Positions 26,047 through 34,798 of a DNA stretch of 64,000 nt are shown one piece after another. Source of the DNA: Acutalibacteraceae bacterium (GTDB lineage: Bacteria; Bacillota; Clostridia; Oscillospirales; Acutalibacteraceae); NCBI GenBank assembly GCA_045601525.1, contig JAZRZR010000005.1:339-64338 (forward strand), read 5' to 3'. How positions within the stretch are numbered: the first letter of the stretch is position 1; every line of letters starts with the position of its first letter. The notes below the pieces were generated by a model that ran no database searches, was not told where the DNA came from, and saw only the letters and a list, made by a program, of their open reading frames with translations. Made by a program: the position numbers and the translations under genes.

Positions 26047-27309
26047 ATGAAAATTCTTAATTTTGGTTCTTGCAATATAGATTATGTATATACCCTTGAC
26101 CACATCGTTCAAGGAGGAGAGACTGAGGCTATAAATTCTTTAGAGATTTTTCCGGGCGGTAAGGGACTTAATCAGTCGGTGGCAATAGCCAGAGCCGGTG
26201 CTCCTGTTTATCATGCGGGTTGTATAGGTGAGGGTGGCGAGTTCTTTACACAAATATTGACTCAAAACGGCGTTGATATTTCTCATCTTAAGCAATTAAA
26301 GGTTAAAAACGGACACGCAATTATTCAGGTAAGTGCCGACGGTGAAAATGCAATTTTTTTGTATGCAGGCTCAAACTATATGGTAACAAAAGCGTATATT
26401 GATAAGGTGCTTGATAATTTTGATGAGGGAGATATACTCCTTTTGCAAAACGAAATAAACAATGTTGATTATATAATAGAGCAAGCATATAAAAAGAATA
26501 TGTGCATAATTCTTAACCCCGCACCAATGACCGATAGCATCAAGAAAATTGACCTTTCGATGCTTTCGTATGTGGTGGTTAATGAAACCGAGGCCAAGGC
26601 CCTTACGGGAGAAATAACACCTGACGGAAGCCTTGCGTATTTTTCTAAAAACTATCCCGACTTAAAGGTTATCATAACCTTGGGTAGCAAGGGGTGTATA
26701 TACAAGGATACTAAAAATGAGATATATCAACCTGCCTTTAAGGTAAACGCTGTTGATACAACTTCAGCGGGCGATACCTTTATCGGATATTTTATAAAGG
26801 GTATTTGGTCGGGCTTGGATATACCTCAAACACTTAAAATTTCTTGTGCGGCTTCGGCGGTAACGGTTGAGAGAGTGGGCGCCACGCCCTCAATTCCCAA
26901 ATGGCAGGAAGCAATAGAAGCCCTGATTACCTTATCTGTTAACAGGGCCAACAGTAAGGACGATATTCTTGCAAGGCAAATCGAAAAATATATTTGCGAA
27001 AACATAAAAACGGCCTGTGTTAACACCCTTTCAAAGCAAATAGGGTATTCCACCGTGCATACGGGCGTGATTGTAAAAAGAGTTATGGGTCAGTCTTTTT
27101 CGAAGGTTTTGCAGGATAAAAGATGTGCCCTTGCGGCCGAGAAATTACTCACCACTAACTTATCGGTAGAGCAAATCAGCGATGAGGTGGGTTATGCAAA
27201 TAAAAGTTTTTTCAGAAAAATCTTCCGCCAAAAGTATGGTATGAACCCCTTGGATTTTAGAAAAAATGACAAAACTGTAAACGACGCAGTATTGAAAAAT
27301 TTGTCGTAA
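26047..27309 (+). CDS. fusion protein: PfkB/ribokinase-family sugar kinase plus a C-terminal AraC-type HTH DNA-binding domain
   Basis: Kinase motifs are FPGGKGLNQSVAIARAG and VDTTSAGDTFIGYF. Residues ~310-415 show the AraC HTH pattern (LSKQIGYS...QDKRCALAAEKLLTTNLSVEQISDEVGYANKSFFRKIFRQKYGMNPLDFR). Confidence 0.8.
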   Translation: MKILNFGSCNIDYVYTLDHIVQGGETEAINSLEIFPGGKGLNQSVAIARAGAPVYHAGCIGEGGEFFTQILTQNGVDISHLKQLKVKNGHAIIQVSADGENAIFLYAGSNYMVTKAYIDKVLDNFDEGDILLLQNEINNVDYIIEQAYKKNMCIILNPAPMTDSIKKIDLSMLSYVVVNETEAKALTGEITPDGSLAYFSKNYPDLKVIITLGSKGCIYKDTKNEIYQPAFKVNAVDTTSAGDTFIGYFIKGIWSGLDIPQTLKISCAASAVTVERVGATPSIPKWQEAIEALITLSVNRANSKDDILARQIEKYICENIKTACVNTLSKQIGYSTVHTGVIVKRVMGQSFSKVLQDKRCALAAEKLLTTNLSVEQISDEVGYANKSFFRKIFRQKYGMNPLDFRKNDKTVNDAVLKNLS

Positions 27310-27318
27310 AAGAATATA

Positions 27319-27357
27319 ATGGGTACAGTTGATAAAATTCAACTGTACCCATTTTTG
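27319..27357 (+). terminator. intrinsic terminator
   Basis: ATGGGTACAGTTGA-TAAAAT-TCAACTGTACCCAT followed by TTTTGG. Confidence 0.8.
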
Positions 27358-27402
27358 GTAATTACTTTATTGTCGGCAAAATAAAATGTTAGGGGTGCTT
27401 TT

Positions 27403-28212
27403 ATGGATTTTTTAAGTAAAATTTTAGCAATTTTCGATGCCTCTATGGAAACTCCGCAAATGTATGGATTTTTTCATTTGGCCTTTTTTGTAGCCTCTAT
27501 TGCCTTTGGCGTTTTTATGTGTTGGCGGTATAAAAATCCCGATGAAAAATTTATGCGTAGATTTTTGCTTATAGTTTCGCTCATTGTAATAGTTTTGGAA
27601 ATCTATAAGCAAATAAACTATAGCTTTTCTTATACTGATGGCATCACTTTTGATTATCAGTGGTATGCTTTTCCGTTTCAGTTTTGCTCAACACCTATGT
27701 TCGTGGGACTTTTGGCGGGCATTTTGCCAAAAGGAAAATTGCACAATTGCCTTTGCGCATATCTTGCAACCTTTGCTTTCTTTGCAGGTATTTGTGTTAT
27801 GTTCTATCCCGCAACGGTATTTACACAAACAATCGGCATAAATATACAAACTATGATTTGTCACGGCACAATGATATCAATCGGTATATATCTTTTGGGT
27901 AGCGGATATGTTGTCTCAAAACCCAAAACCATTTTCAAGGCGGTGCCCGTATTTGCGGTGCTGGTTTCTATGGCTATGGTTCTTAATGAAATTGCCCATT
28001 TGAGTGGGCTTTTAGAAAGAGAGACCTTTAATATGTTCTTTATAAGCCCATATTGCGAACCGTCGCTTCCCGTTTATTCACTTGTTCAAGCAGTGGTGCC
28101 GTTCCCGTGGTGCGCAGCTATTTATATCTTTGCATTCAGTCTTGCCGCCTTTGTTGTTCTCTTAATTTCTATTTTGTTACATAAATTCAAAAAAACAAAA
28201 CACTCGGTGTAG
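27403..28212 (+). CDS. polytopic membrane protein, paralogue 3 (YwaF/TMEM164-like by pattern)
   Basis: YGFFHL, LEIYKQI, FPFQFCST, MICHGTMISIG and FNMFFIS motifs align with paralogue 1. Confidence 0.55.
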   Translation: MDFLSKILAIFDASMETPQMYGFFHLAFFVASIAFGVFMCWRYKNPDEKFMRRFLLIVSLIVIVLEIYKQINYSFSYTDGITFDYQWYAFPFQFCSTPMFVGLLAGILPKGKLHNCLCAYLATFAFFAGICVMFYPATVFTQTIGINIQTMICHGTMISIGIYLLGSGYVVSKPKTIFKAVPVFAVLVSMAMVLNEIAHLSGLLERETFNMFFISPYCEPSLPVYSLVQAVVPFPWCAAIYIFAFSLAAFVVLLISILLHKFKKTKHSV

Positions 28213-28232
28213 GCATACACCGAGTGTTTTTA
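28196..28232. terminator. bidirectional terminator between convergent genes
   Basis: AACACTCGGTGTA-GGCA-TACACCGAGTGTT hairpin flanked by an A-run on the 5' side and a T-run on the 3' side. Confidence 0.7.
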
Positions 28233-28235
28233 ATA

Positions 28236-29048
28236 TTAGTCGTTAAAATTGTTTTTAATAAGAAGATATCCGATTATCGATGTAGCAGAGCCCGCCGCTG
28301 TAGAAATAGCTGCAAGCATTTCTCCGCTTGAAAGAGTTGCGGGGAGCGAAAGCGCGCTTATAATACCCAAAGCCAAAAGCCAGCCCTTAGCCCCGCGAAC
28401 CTTTTGGAAGAGCGGCTCACCGCTTAAAATACTTTGATAAACCGACTTAACAAAAAGGTGAATTTTTCGTATGGCCAAAATATTAAACAAGACGATAAAT
28501 CCTGCTATTAGGGCAAATACAATAAAGAAAATCACACCCGAAGCCGATAAAAACAAATCGGTTAAAATAGGGCTGTCAACAGGTAAGCCGTTTATCGTGG
28601 CTGTAAGTTGGTCCAATAAGGTTGGGTTAGAAGCGATTAAAGAGAAAAGAGCTGAAAAGAGTATTCCGATAAGTAGAAACAAACCGGCTAAAACAAAGTT
28701 GATAACATACTGTGCAAAAATTGTACCGCTTAAGTGTCTGAGTTGTTTGGCGTCGGCGGTTCCACGCCTTGCGGCTGAAAAAATCAGCCAACAAAAAATC
28801 ATTGCTAAAAGAGTTATTATTGAAAAACTTCCTGCAAAAAGCGAGGCGCCGAAGCTCACAGTCAAGAGAATGCAAATAGCAGTAAAGAGCTTGCTGTTAA
28901 GTGCATTAAAGACGCGCTCTGCAGCAATATTAGGCGAAAAATTATTGTTTTCAACCTGTGGCTCGGTGATAGGTGGCAACTGTGCACCGCAAGAGGTACA
29001 AAAAACATTGCCTTCACGGTTTTCAAGTCCACAAACATTACATTTCAT
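28236..29048 (-). CDS. zinc-ribbon membrane protein of unknown function
   Basis: An N-terminal CxxC...CxxC ribbon (MKCNVCGLENREGNVFCTSCGAQL) is followed by ~6 hydrophobic helices. Confidence 0.65.
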   Translation of the reverse strand: MKCNVCGLENREGNVFCTSCGAQLPPITEPQVENNNFSPNIAAERVFNALNSKLFTAICILLTVSFGASLFAGSFSIITLLAMIFCWLIFSAARRGTADAKQLRHLSGTIFAQYVINFVLAGLFLLIGILFSALFSLIASNPTLLDQLTATINGLPVDSPILTDLFLSASGVIFFIVFALIAGFIVLFNILAIRKIHLFVKSVYQSILSGEPLFQKVRGAKGWLLALGIISALSLPATLSSGEMLAAISTAAGSATSIIGYLLIKNNFND

Positions 29049-29171
29049 AAAATTACCCCCAAAATTATTTTGTTACATTAAAATGATAACATAAATTTAT
29101 AAAAAATACAACAAAATATATTGATTTGTTTCTTGTGTTTTGATAAAATACAAGCAAGGGAGAGAGATGAT

Positions 29172-30014
29172 ATGAGGAAACTTATTATTACAAGAAAAAA
29201 ATCGTGTGTTGCAACACTTGTCAGAATGAAGGTTTATATTGAGGACGCCGTAACGGGTGATACCCAAATAAACGGTGTTATGTGCCGAAAGATAGGTTAC
29301 CTTAAAAGCGGTCAAACTGCCGAGTTTGAGATTGGTGAAAACTCCGCAAGGGTCTACGTTGTTGCAGATAAATTAAGCCGAAATTACTGTAATGATTTCG
29401 CAGATGTTCCTGCAGGATACGAAGATGTTTATTTTACAGGTAAAAATAAATTCAATTATTTTAGCGGAAATGCCTTCCGTTTCGATAATATTACAAGCGA
29501 AGAGGTAATAAAAAACCGCAAAAAAGGAACTCGCAAAGGCCTCGCAATTTTAATAGTTGCTTTAATATTCGGTATTATCTTAGGTCTTGCTTTAGGTGAT
29601 GTAGAGGAGCCCAAAACCTTTACCGATGATGGTATGCAAATCACCCTCACCTCAAACTTTTATGAATTTGATGAAGAGGGCTTTGATATTTGCTACGCCT
29701 CAAAAGAAGTTGTGCTTTTCGCTATAAAGGATGAATTTACTGCTCTTGAGGGTCTTGAAAATTGGACTAAAGAAGAGTATGCCAAAATAATTATACAGGA
29801 TAATAAGCTTGACTGTGAGCCTATAGTAAACGGTGAACAAGTTTTCTTTACATATAAAGTCACAAATGATAGCAACGAGGTTTGCAAATATATAGCTTAT
29901 ATATATAAAACCGATGATGCTTTTTGGTTTATACAATTTGGTGGTCTTGAAGAGGATATCATCGAAAACAGTGATATAATTTCGCAGTGGGAATCAACAA
30001 TAGAGTTTTCCTAA
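29172..30014 (+). CDS. hypothetical single-pass membrane protein
   Basis: ATG 29172 follows GGGAGAG; the track starts at 29121. The layout is an N-terminal ~125-aa domain, the TM helix GLAILIVALIFGIILGLALG, then a C-terminal ~130-aa domain. Confidence 0.55.
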   Translation: MRKLIITRKKSCVATLVRMKVYIEDAVTGDTQINGVMCRKIGYLKSGQTAEFEIGENSARVYVVADKLSRNYCNDFADVPAGYEDVYFTGKNKFNYFSGNAFRFDNITSEEVIKNRKKGTRKGLAILIVALIFGIILGLALGDVEEPKTFTDDGMQITLTSNFYEFDEEGFDICYASKEVVLFAIKDEFTALEGLENWTKEEYAKIIIQDNKLDCEPIVNGEQVFFTYKVTNDSNEVCKYIAYIYKTDDAFWFIQFGGLEEDIIENSDIISQWESTIEFS

Positions 30015-30026
30015 AGAGGTTTTGAT

Positions 30027-30668
30027 ATGACTTTTGGTAATGTTTTAATTTTAGGTGATAGTATTTCTACCTTTGCGGGCTGGGTGCCCGAGGGCTATTT
30101 GCACCACTATTATTCTTCGGGTGGCTCAACCGATATAAGACGAGTTGAGGAAACCTGGTGGCATCAAATAATCACCGAAACAAATTCAAATCTTGTTATG
30201 AATAATAGTTGGTCCGGCACCACAATTTGCTATACAGGATATGACGGGGTAGATTATTCGGCCGAGCGTTCATTTATAACCCGTTTTGATAAATTATATA
30301 ATGAAGGCTTTTTCGAACAAAATAAAATTGATACTCTTTTTGTTTTTGGCGGCACAAACGATAATTGGGCAGATGCTCCTTTAGGCGAGACTATGTATGA
30401 GGGACAAACCAAGGAAGACTTGTATAAGGTGTTGCCCGCAATACCTTTCCTTATGCGCCGAATTCGTGAGGTTTTGCCCGATGCCGAGGTAATATGGATA
30501 ATTAACACCGAACTTAAAGAGGTAATAGTTAATGCTATGCTTGAGGGCTGCAAGCGTTACGGCTTCAAGGAGGTTGAGCTTCACGATATTGATAAGATGG
30601 TGGGCCATCAATCAATTAAGGGTATGATACAAACCAAAGAACAAATACTTGAGAGGTTAGCAAAATAA
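30027..30668 (+). CDS. SGNH/GDSL-type hydrolase
   Basis: Block I is LILGDSIST. A later GGTNDN block and an H near the C-terminus (MVGHQS) are present. Confidence 0.75.
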   Translation: MTFGNVLILGDSISTFAGWVPEGYLHHYYSSGGSTDIRRVEETWWHQIITETNSNLVMNNSWSGTTICYTGYDGVDYSAERSFITRFDKLYNEGFFEQNKIDTLFVFGGTNDNWADAPLGETMYEGQTKEDLYKVLPAIPFLMRRIREVLPDAEVIWIINTELKEVIVNAMLEGCKRYGFKEVELHDIDKMVGHQSIKGMIQTKEQILERLAK

Positions 30669-31757
30669 ATGAATGTTGGAGAAATAATTACATATATAAT
30701 GCTCGTTTTTGCTATAATCGGTTGTATAGACAAGGCGTTTGGTTCAAAATTCGGTTTTGGCAACTCTTTTGAACGGGCACTCGGTTCAATTGGTGCGCTT
30801 ATTTTAGCCATGGTAGGTCCTATGGCGGCAGCGCCCTTGATTGCAAAATATGTGGCACCCGCCTTGGCGCCTGTTTGCGCCGCACTTGGTATCGACCCCT
30901 CGGTTACGGCCGGTCTTTTATTTGCTTCGGATGCGGGTGGTTGGCCCTTGGCAACCGCTTTGGCACAAGATGAATTGGTTGGTAAATTTGCGGGCTCTGT
31001 AATGGCAAGTATGATGGGCTGCACAATACTTGGTGCCTTTCCACTTTTGTTTATGTTAATTCCAAAGGAAAAAATCACATTAGCTGCGAAGGGACTAACG
31101 ATAGGTTTTATCACAATTCCTTTTGGTTGTTTTATAGGCGGTCTTTGTACGGTAGGACTTAATATCGGAAAACTTTTGCTTAATATGTTGCCGGTTATAG
31201 CACTTTCGGCACTCTTTGTTGTGGGACTTACTTTTTTCGAGAAGGTCACCCTTAAAGTTGTTACGATATTCGGATATGTTATCACGGCTCTTGTGCTTTT
31301 CGTGTTGGGCGCCACCATGGTAATTAAGGTGTTAAAACTTAATGTTACCGATTTGGATACCTTTGATAATAGTTTGCTTATCATTGGCGGAATAGCAATA
31401 TTCCTTTGCGGTGCCTTTGTGTTTCTTGATATTGTACAAAAACTTTTCGGCAAATATTTTGGAAAAATCGGCGAAAAAATAGGACTTGACGAAGCCTCGG
31501 TAATTGGTCTTGTGACAACGGTTGTAAATGCAATACCGATGTTTGATATGACCAAGAAAATGAGTGATAGAGGCGTTATTGTTAATATTGCATTTTTGGT
31601 TTGCGCTTCGTATGTGATGGGCGACCATCTCGCTTTCCAAACCGCAGTTGACACTTCAATGGCAGTGCCTCTTATAGTAGGTAAACTTTCGGGCGGTATT
31701 TTGGGCGTGATAATTGCCCTTTATGTTACAAGACCCAAAAAAGAAAAAACAGCATAA
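30669..31757 (+). CDS. eutH: EutH-family (ethanolamine-utilisation-type) permease homologue
   Basis: 362-aa polytopic protein. The N-terminus (IMLVFAIIGCIDKAFGSKFGFG..FERALGSIGALILAMVG..ASDAGGWPLA) resembles EutH. The start directly abuts the stop of the SGNH gene (TAAATG). Confidence 0.7.
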   Translation: MNVGEIITYIMLVFAIIGCIDKAFGSKFGFGNSFERALGSIGALILAMVGPMAAAPLIAKYVAPALAPVCAALGIDPSVTAGLLFASDAGGWPLATALAQDELVGKFAGSVMASMMGCTILGAFPLLFMLIPKEKITLAAKGLTIGFITIPFGCFIGGLCTVGLNIGKLLLNMLPVIALSALFVVGLTFFEKVTLKVVTIFGYVITALVLFVLGATMVIKVLKLNVTDLDTFDNSLLIIGGIAIFLCGAFVFLDIVQKLFGKYFGKIGEKIGLDEASVIGLVTTVVNAIPMFDMTKKMSDRGVIVNIAFLVCASYVMGDHLAFQTAVDTSMAVPLIVGKLSGGILGVIIALYVTRPKKEKTA

Positions 31758-31759
31758 AT

Positions 31760-31790
31760 AAAACCCACAGGTTAACCTGTGGGTTTTTGT
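31760..31790. terminator. bidirectional terminator
   Basis: AAACCCACAGG-TTAA-CCTGTGGGTTT flanked by A- and T-runs. Confidence 0.8.
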
Positions 31791-32684
31791 TTATCTTTGT
31801 TCCTCGTCAAGTTCGAGTTCAAAACGCTTAAGGGCTTGAAGACCTCTTTGGATATTCTCGATGCAGTCATAACGGGCTTCATATTCTATGGAATAAAAAC
31901 CATCGTATGATGCCCTTTTGAGTGCGCGTAGGCACTGTTTAACGGGAACATCACCATCGCCTATTGTAGCGCCTTCAATAAAGTTGCCGCCTCGGGTAAC
32001 GAACTTATATCGGTCAGGCGTTGCGGCATTTCCATCATAAAAATAGAAATCTTTACAATGCACAAAAAAGGTATAGGGCGCAAGCCGAGACACAGCGGCG
32101 GTGGGATTTTCATCAACACAAAGGAAGTTTCCTATGTCAATCAAAACACCGAAATTTTCGTGTGCAACCGAATTGAAAAGTCTTTCAAGACGGTCACTGT
32201 CATTGTTAACAAAACCGTGATTTTCAACACAAGTTTTAACATTGATTTTTTCGGCAAATTGTGTTATTTGTTTGCTTGCATCAGCAAAGGTGGGCAACAT
32301 AAGGTCAAAACTACGGGTGTTACCGACTTTACCCAAACTATATGCCAGGTCGTGACGCATAACAGGAGCGCCCAAAACAGAAGCCACTTCGGCTTGTGAA
32401 CAAATACGATTGATTTCGGTTTGTATTTTTTGTGGGTCTCGGTGCAAAAAATTTGCACCAATAGAATAGCCTGCGATTTCTATCCCTAACTCTTTTGCAC
32501 GGGCATTGATTTTATAGGCATATTCCTTTTGCTGCTCAAGGGTTGGTTTTTCGCACGGTACCAAGTCAATAAACTCAATACCATCAAACCCCATTTTTGC
32601 GGCAAGGTCCACCATATCTATTTGGGAAAGTTCACCGGTTACCTCTTTTTGCCTAAAAGAATAAGAACTAACGGAAAATTTCAT
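31791..32684 (-). CDS. sugar phosphate isomerase/epimerase (xylose isomerase-like TIM barrel)
   Basis: MKFSVSSYSF, GFDGIEF, CVENHG and LIDIGNF motifs typical of the AP endonuclease 2 / TIM-barrel family. Confidence 0.8.
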   Translation of the reverse strand: MKFSVSSYSFRQKEVTGELSQIDMVDLAAKMGFDGIEFIDLVPCEKPTLEQQKEYAYKINARAKELGIEIAGYSIGANFLHRDPQKIQTEINRICSQAEVASVLGAPVMRHDLAYSLGKVGNTRSFDLMLPTFADASKQITQFAEKINVKTCVENHGFVNNDSDRLERLFNSVAHENFGVLIDIGNFLCVDENPTAAVSRLAPYTFFVHCKDFYFYDGNAATPDRYKFVTRGGNFIEGATIGDGDVPVKQCLRALKRASYDGFYSIEYEARYDCIENIQRGLQALKRFELELDEEQR

Positions 32685-32718
32685 AGTGGTCTACCATCCA
32701 TTTTAATATTTATAATGA

Positions 32719-33771
32719 TTATAGTAAAACCTCGTGACCTGTTCTGCCTGATTCGTAAATAGCATCAAGCAATCTCATGATTTTAACGCCATCATCAGCA
32801 GAGGGTCCACACTCGCATCTTCCTTCAATACAATCAATAAAATGATTGAATTGAGCGGCAAACGAGTCACCACCATAGATATAATCGCTGCCATCGATGT
32901 TAACAGTTGTCAAGAAACCGTTAATATCGGTATAGAGAATCGGCTTTTCTTCATCTTCAACAAAGCCGCCTTTTGTGCCTGCAAGTACCATACTTGCGGC
33001 AGGGGGAAGGTTAACATCAAAACTTGCTTCGATTTGAAGTGTTGCGCCGTTTTCAAAACGAATAGTGGCAACAGCAAAATCTTCAACATCACAAATATCG
33101 GTATCAAGCCCATCCTTGTGGTATTTTATTTGGTTTTTAAGGTCGGGACGACAACCAAGTTTGTTATAAACCGAAGCATAAACCGAAACAGGCTTCGGAG
33201 AGCCCATAAGATAAATAGCACGGTCAATTACATGTACGCCTATATCAATGAGAGGACCGCCGCCTGAGCGCGCTTTTTCGCCGAACCAACCGCAAGGGTT
33301 GCCGTGGCGGCGCACATATTGGGCTTTAGCGTAGTAAATATCACCAAGGTAGCCTTGGTCTATGTAATCTTTGGCAATTTTGGCCGCGTTGGTAAAACGG
33401 GTTACAAAGCCAATCATTAAAAGCTTACCGTTTTTCTCGGCACATTCCTTCATTTCAATTGCCTCGGCTTCGGAAAGAGCCATGGGCTTTTCGCAAAGAA
33501 CGTGTAGGCCTGCATTCAGTGCGGCAATTGTACAAGGCTTGTGATTGCAGTTCCAAACACAAATATCTACGGCATCCAAATCTTTTTCATTTTCGAGCAA
33601 TTCCTCAATGGACAAATATCTGTTTTTAATGCCATATTTATCGGCCATAGCGTTAAGGCGTGATTCTTTAATGTCGCAAATTGCAACAATTTCGGCTTCG
33701 GGAACATTTTTATAAGCGTTTAAGTGTGCGCCTGCGATATTGCCCGCACCAATCATAGCAATTTTAACCAT
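32719..33771 (-). CDS. Gfo/Idh/MocA-family NAD(P)-dependent oxidoreductase
   Basis: Rossmann N-terminus (KIAMIGAGNIAGAHL) and the EKP motif (VLCEKPMA). Confidence 0.88.
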   Translation of the reverse strand: MVKIAMIGAGNIAGAHLNAYKNVPEAEIVAICDIKESRLNAMADKYGIKNRYLSIEELLENEKDLDAVDICVWNCNHKPCTIAALNAGLHVLCEKPMALSEAEAIEMKECAEKNGKLLMIGFVTRFTNAAKIAKDYIDQGYLGDIYYAKAQYVRRHGNPCGWFGEKARSGGGPLIDIGVHVIDRAIYLMGSPKPVSVYASVYNKLGCRPDLKNQIKYHKDGLDTDICDVEDFAVATIRFENGATLQIEASFDVNLPPAASMVLAGTKGGFVEDEEKPILYTDINGFLTTVNIDGSDYIYGGDSFAAQFNHFIDCIEGRCECGPSADDGVKIMRLLDAIYESGRTGHEVLL

Positions 33772-33788
33772 ACAAAAACCTCCAAATT

Positions 33789-33885
33789 GTAAAATATTGT
33801 TGCTTTAATAGCAATTTTATTATAAAATGTATATATAATTCAATCAAGTTATTATTTTGCGGTAAAATATAACAATATTGCTTTA
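33789..33885. promoter_or_regulatory. direct repeats in the divergent AraC / oxidoreductase intergenic region (candidate AraC operator half-sites)
   Basis: GTAAAATAT occurs at 33789-33797 and 33862-33870. AATATTG(TTG)CTTTA occurs at 33793-33807 and 33874-33885. Confidence 0.35.
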
Positions 33886-33895
33886 GGAGACAAAA

Positions 33896-34714
33896 ATGGC
33901 TAAAGACGTTTACGAAAAACATATCCTCCAAAATCCACATCTGCCTTTTCTTTTTAACACTCAGTGTATAGAACGAGGTACTGTATATTCCCATTGGCAT
34001 GAGAATATAGAAATAATCTCTTGTATTGACGGCGAGGGCACGGTTTTTTCCGATTCCGAATCGCTTTCGATTAAGGCGGGAGATACAGTAATAATAAATA
34101 GCCGACATATTCATAGTATTACATCAAGCAATAAACTTGTTTACCATCTTTTGATTATCGATAAGCAGTTTTTCGAGGAGAACGCCATAGATATGCAAGC
34201 CGTTTTCTTCAAGGAAAAATTTTGCGATGAAAATGCAAGCTTGCTTATGGAGGGCATTAAAAAAGCCTTTTTGGTGGAGAGTGAGCTTTCGATAATAGAA
34301 AGGCGAAACGCTGTTTCCGCATATTTTTTATATCTATGCAAAAATCATATTTGTGATAATAGGCGTGTTGAAAAAATATTCACCAAAAGCTATAACACGG
34401 TGCTTTTGGCGATGGATTACATAAATGAAAACTATTCGCAAAAACTAACATTAGAGGATATTGCAAAAAAATCGGGATACAGTAAGTATCATTTCGCCCG
34501 CCTTTTCAAAGAAACCACAGGCTTTACACTAATCGACCATATCAATGCAACCCGTTGCTCTGTTGCAAAGAAAATGCTTATAAAAACCGATAAGAGTGTT
34601 TCGGAAATTTGTTTTGAATGCGGCTTTGATTCTTGCTCGTATTTTTCAAAAACCTTCAAAAAGTTTTATGGAAGCCTGCCTTCATATTATCGTAAATGTT
34701 ATTCAAAACGGTGA
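33896..34714 (+). CDS. AraC-family transcriptional regulator (cupin sensor plus HTH)
   Basis: N-terminal cupin-like HWHENIEII and a C-terminal AraC HTH (IAKKSGYSKYHFARLFKETTGFTLIDHINATRCSVAKKML..ICFECGFDSCSYFSKTFKKFYG). Confidence 0.88.
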   Translation: MAKDVYEKHILQNPHLPFLFNTQCIERGTVYSHWHENIEIISCIDGEGTVFSDSESLSIKAGDTVIINSRHIHSITSSNKLVYHLLIIDKQFFEENAIDMQAVFFKEKFCDENASLLMEGIKKAFLVESELSIIERRNAVSAYFLYLCKNHICDNRRVEKIFTKSYNTVLLAMDYINENYSQKLTLEDIAKKSGYSKYHFARLFKETTGFTLIDHINATRCSVAKKMLIKTDKSVSEICFECGFDSCSYFSKTFKKFYGSLPSYYRKCYSKR

Positions 34715-34723
34715 TAGTAAAAA

Positions 34724-34752
34724 TTGACACGGCATATTATTTATGGTATAAT
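34724..34752 (+). promoter_or_regulatory. candidate sigma-A promoter of the SPFH gene
   Basis: Perfect TTGACA, 17-nt spacer, TGgTATAAT. Confidence 0.6.
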
Positions 34753-34798
34753 AAAGTGGTAAAACAAAGTGTTTTTTATCTTGAAAGGAGAAAGTTAT

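Noticed and set aside
28471-29094. 207-aa plus-strand ORF opposite the zinc-ribbon membrane protein gene.
   Set aside because: The product is Lys/Ala/Ser-rich with no motif. The minus-strand frame encodes a CxxC..CxxC ribbon plus regular TM helices. It also fits the convergent terminator at 28196-28232 and the divergent promoter region at 29049-29171.
30608-31654. 348-aa ORF on the minus strand, the longest unannotated ORF in the track.
   Set aside because: It lies entirely antisense to the EutH-like gene. Its translation is low-complexity (Ile/Ser/Pro/Thr/Ala-rich) with no recognisable motif, RBS or promoter, whereas the plus-strand product has clear family resemblance and fits the flanking terminator. 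It is a shadow ORF.
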